Source: Catajapyx aquilonaris
Lineage: Eukaryota
DNA length: 64,000 nucleotides
Assembly (NCBI GenBank): GCA_000934665.2
Contig: KZ537999.1
Span: 124,001 to 188,000 of the forward strand
Direction of reading: 5' to 3'
The translations under genes and the position numbers were made by a program. Of the stretch, positions 62,856 through 64,000 are shown piece after piece. The notes beneath the pieces are model-generated. The model was given only the letters and a program-made list of their open reading frames with translations. It had not been told where the DNA came from and searched no databases. Each line of letters opens with the position of its first letter. Positions within the stretch are counted from its first letter, which is position 1.

Positions 62856-64000
62856 TCGTGTTGTGTTTTTTTTATCAGTACAAGGTTGACATCCACAATG
62901 TAACTCCATGGAAAGCCCCCCCCCCACTCTTTCCTTCTTTTATTTCGCCTGAAAAAGTAAAAAAAGGGAAAGAAAAGGTGGTGCAACCGCCGCGGACACT
63001 ATCTGCCAAATCTAATTTACGAGCCCGAAAAAAGGGGGTAAAAAGAAAAGGAGGGGTCCGGGATTTTCTTCTGAATAGTTGAGGAGCCATTATCAAGTTT
63101 TCGGAGGGTTGGCGCTGCAGGAGCACACTTTAGATAACGGGGGAAGCCTCCTTGCAATATCTGCAGCAGACGAAAGGTACCGCACTGCACATTTTTTTCT
63201 ATTCTTTTTTTTTTCGAAAAAAAATAATCCCAAACCATCTTTTCCTTTAAATCCAGCTACACCAGAAGGGCCGAATTTATTGGCCCCTTCCACACCAACC
63301 GACGCACAAATTAAAGGGGCCCGTAGGAGATAGTCGGGGCCTGTTAATTAGGTCCCTACGTGCGGCCCCAAAATTAGCTAATCAACAATTGATACTGTTC
63401 TTGGGAGCGGCAAAATGCCCAGCTACTCTCAGCTTCCCACCCCACCTAGCTATATACCCTAGGGCACAGATTTATTTTAATTAGGATGTTGACACGGGAG
63501 CGGACCGAACCGAAAAAAATTATATATAATGCGACCGCTCATTACACGCGCACACATGTGGACATATTCATTCATTACTCTTCATGAAAATCAACCCGTA
63601 TGTTCAATTAGCATGCCCTTCGAGGGGAGGGGGCAGAGTAGGCAATGCTTCCAAAAATATATATAACTACGGCGGTTTTCGCATTGCAAAAAATATATAC
63701 TCTCCCCCGTTTGCTGAGACACGGGGGCAACTGAATTAAAACTAATTACTGTGTGCGGGTATTTTGTATCGGCCACCTCTCTTCATTAAAGTTTAACAAA
63801 GCAACCTTAGCACGTGTATGAAAATTGACGCTAGTCCAGCCAAATAATTGAGGTGAAAATGTCTGAAAAAATTGCTAATTACTACGGAAAATTCAGATGA
63901 AACACACTGCTGAACATGGGCCCTCTTCTCTTACTTATTTCCTCACGAGAACGCGCAAAAACAGAACCGATTCCCCTTGAATAACTAGACTGAATAAGCC

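Overview
This window looks like non-coding eukaryotic (probably metazoan) genomic DNA. It has many homopolymer runs, microsatellites and four isolated Ns. None of the ORFs (all 213 aa or shorter) resembles a protein I recognise, and I see no operon, rRNA, intact tRNA or CRISPR array. It is most consistent with a large intron or intergenic/regulatory region, but small exons cannot be excluded without transcript data, and the species cannot be named. Supported content: (i) two TA-flanked non-autonomous Tc1/mariner-type elements with terminal inverted repeats (4054-4641, 36864-37716) plus solo ends; (ii) a 48-bp-arm fold-back decayed mainly at CpG; (iii) several local tandem duplications; (iv) a degenerate tRNA/SINE-head relic; (v) dense homotypic motif arrays. 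The most striking array is ~400 bp holding at least 11 nuclear-receptor IR1 (EcR/USP- or FXR/RXR-type) elements. There is also a ~10-bp-phased TAATCC array and a TGCGCA cluster. I found no convincing novel multi-gene system; the motif arrays are the best leads.
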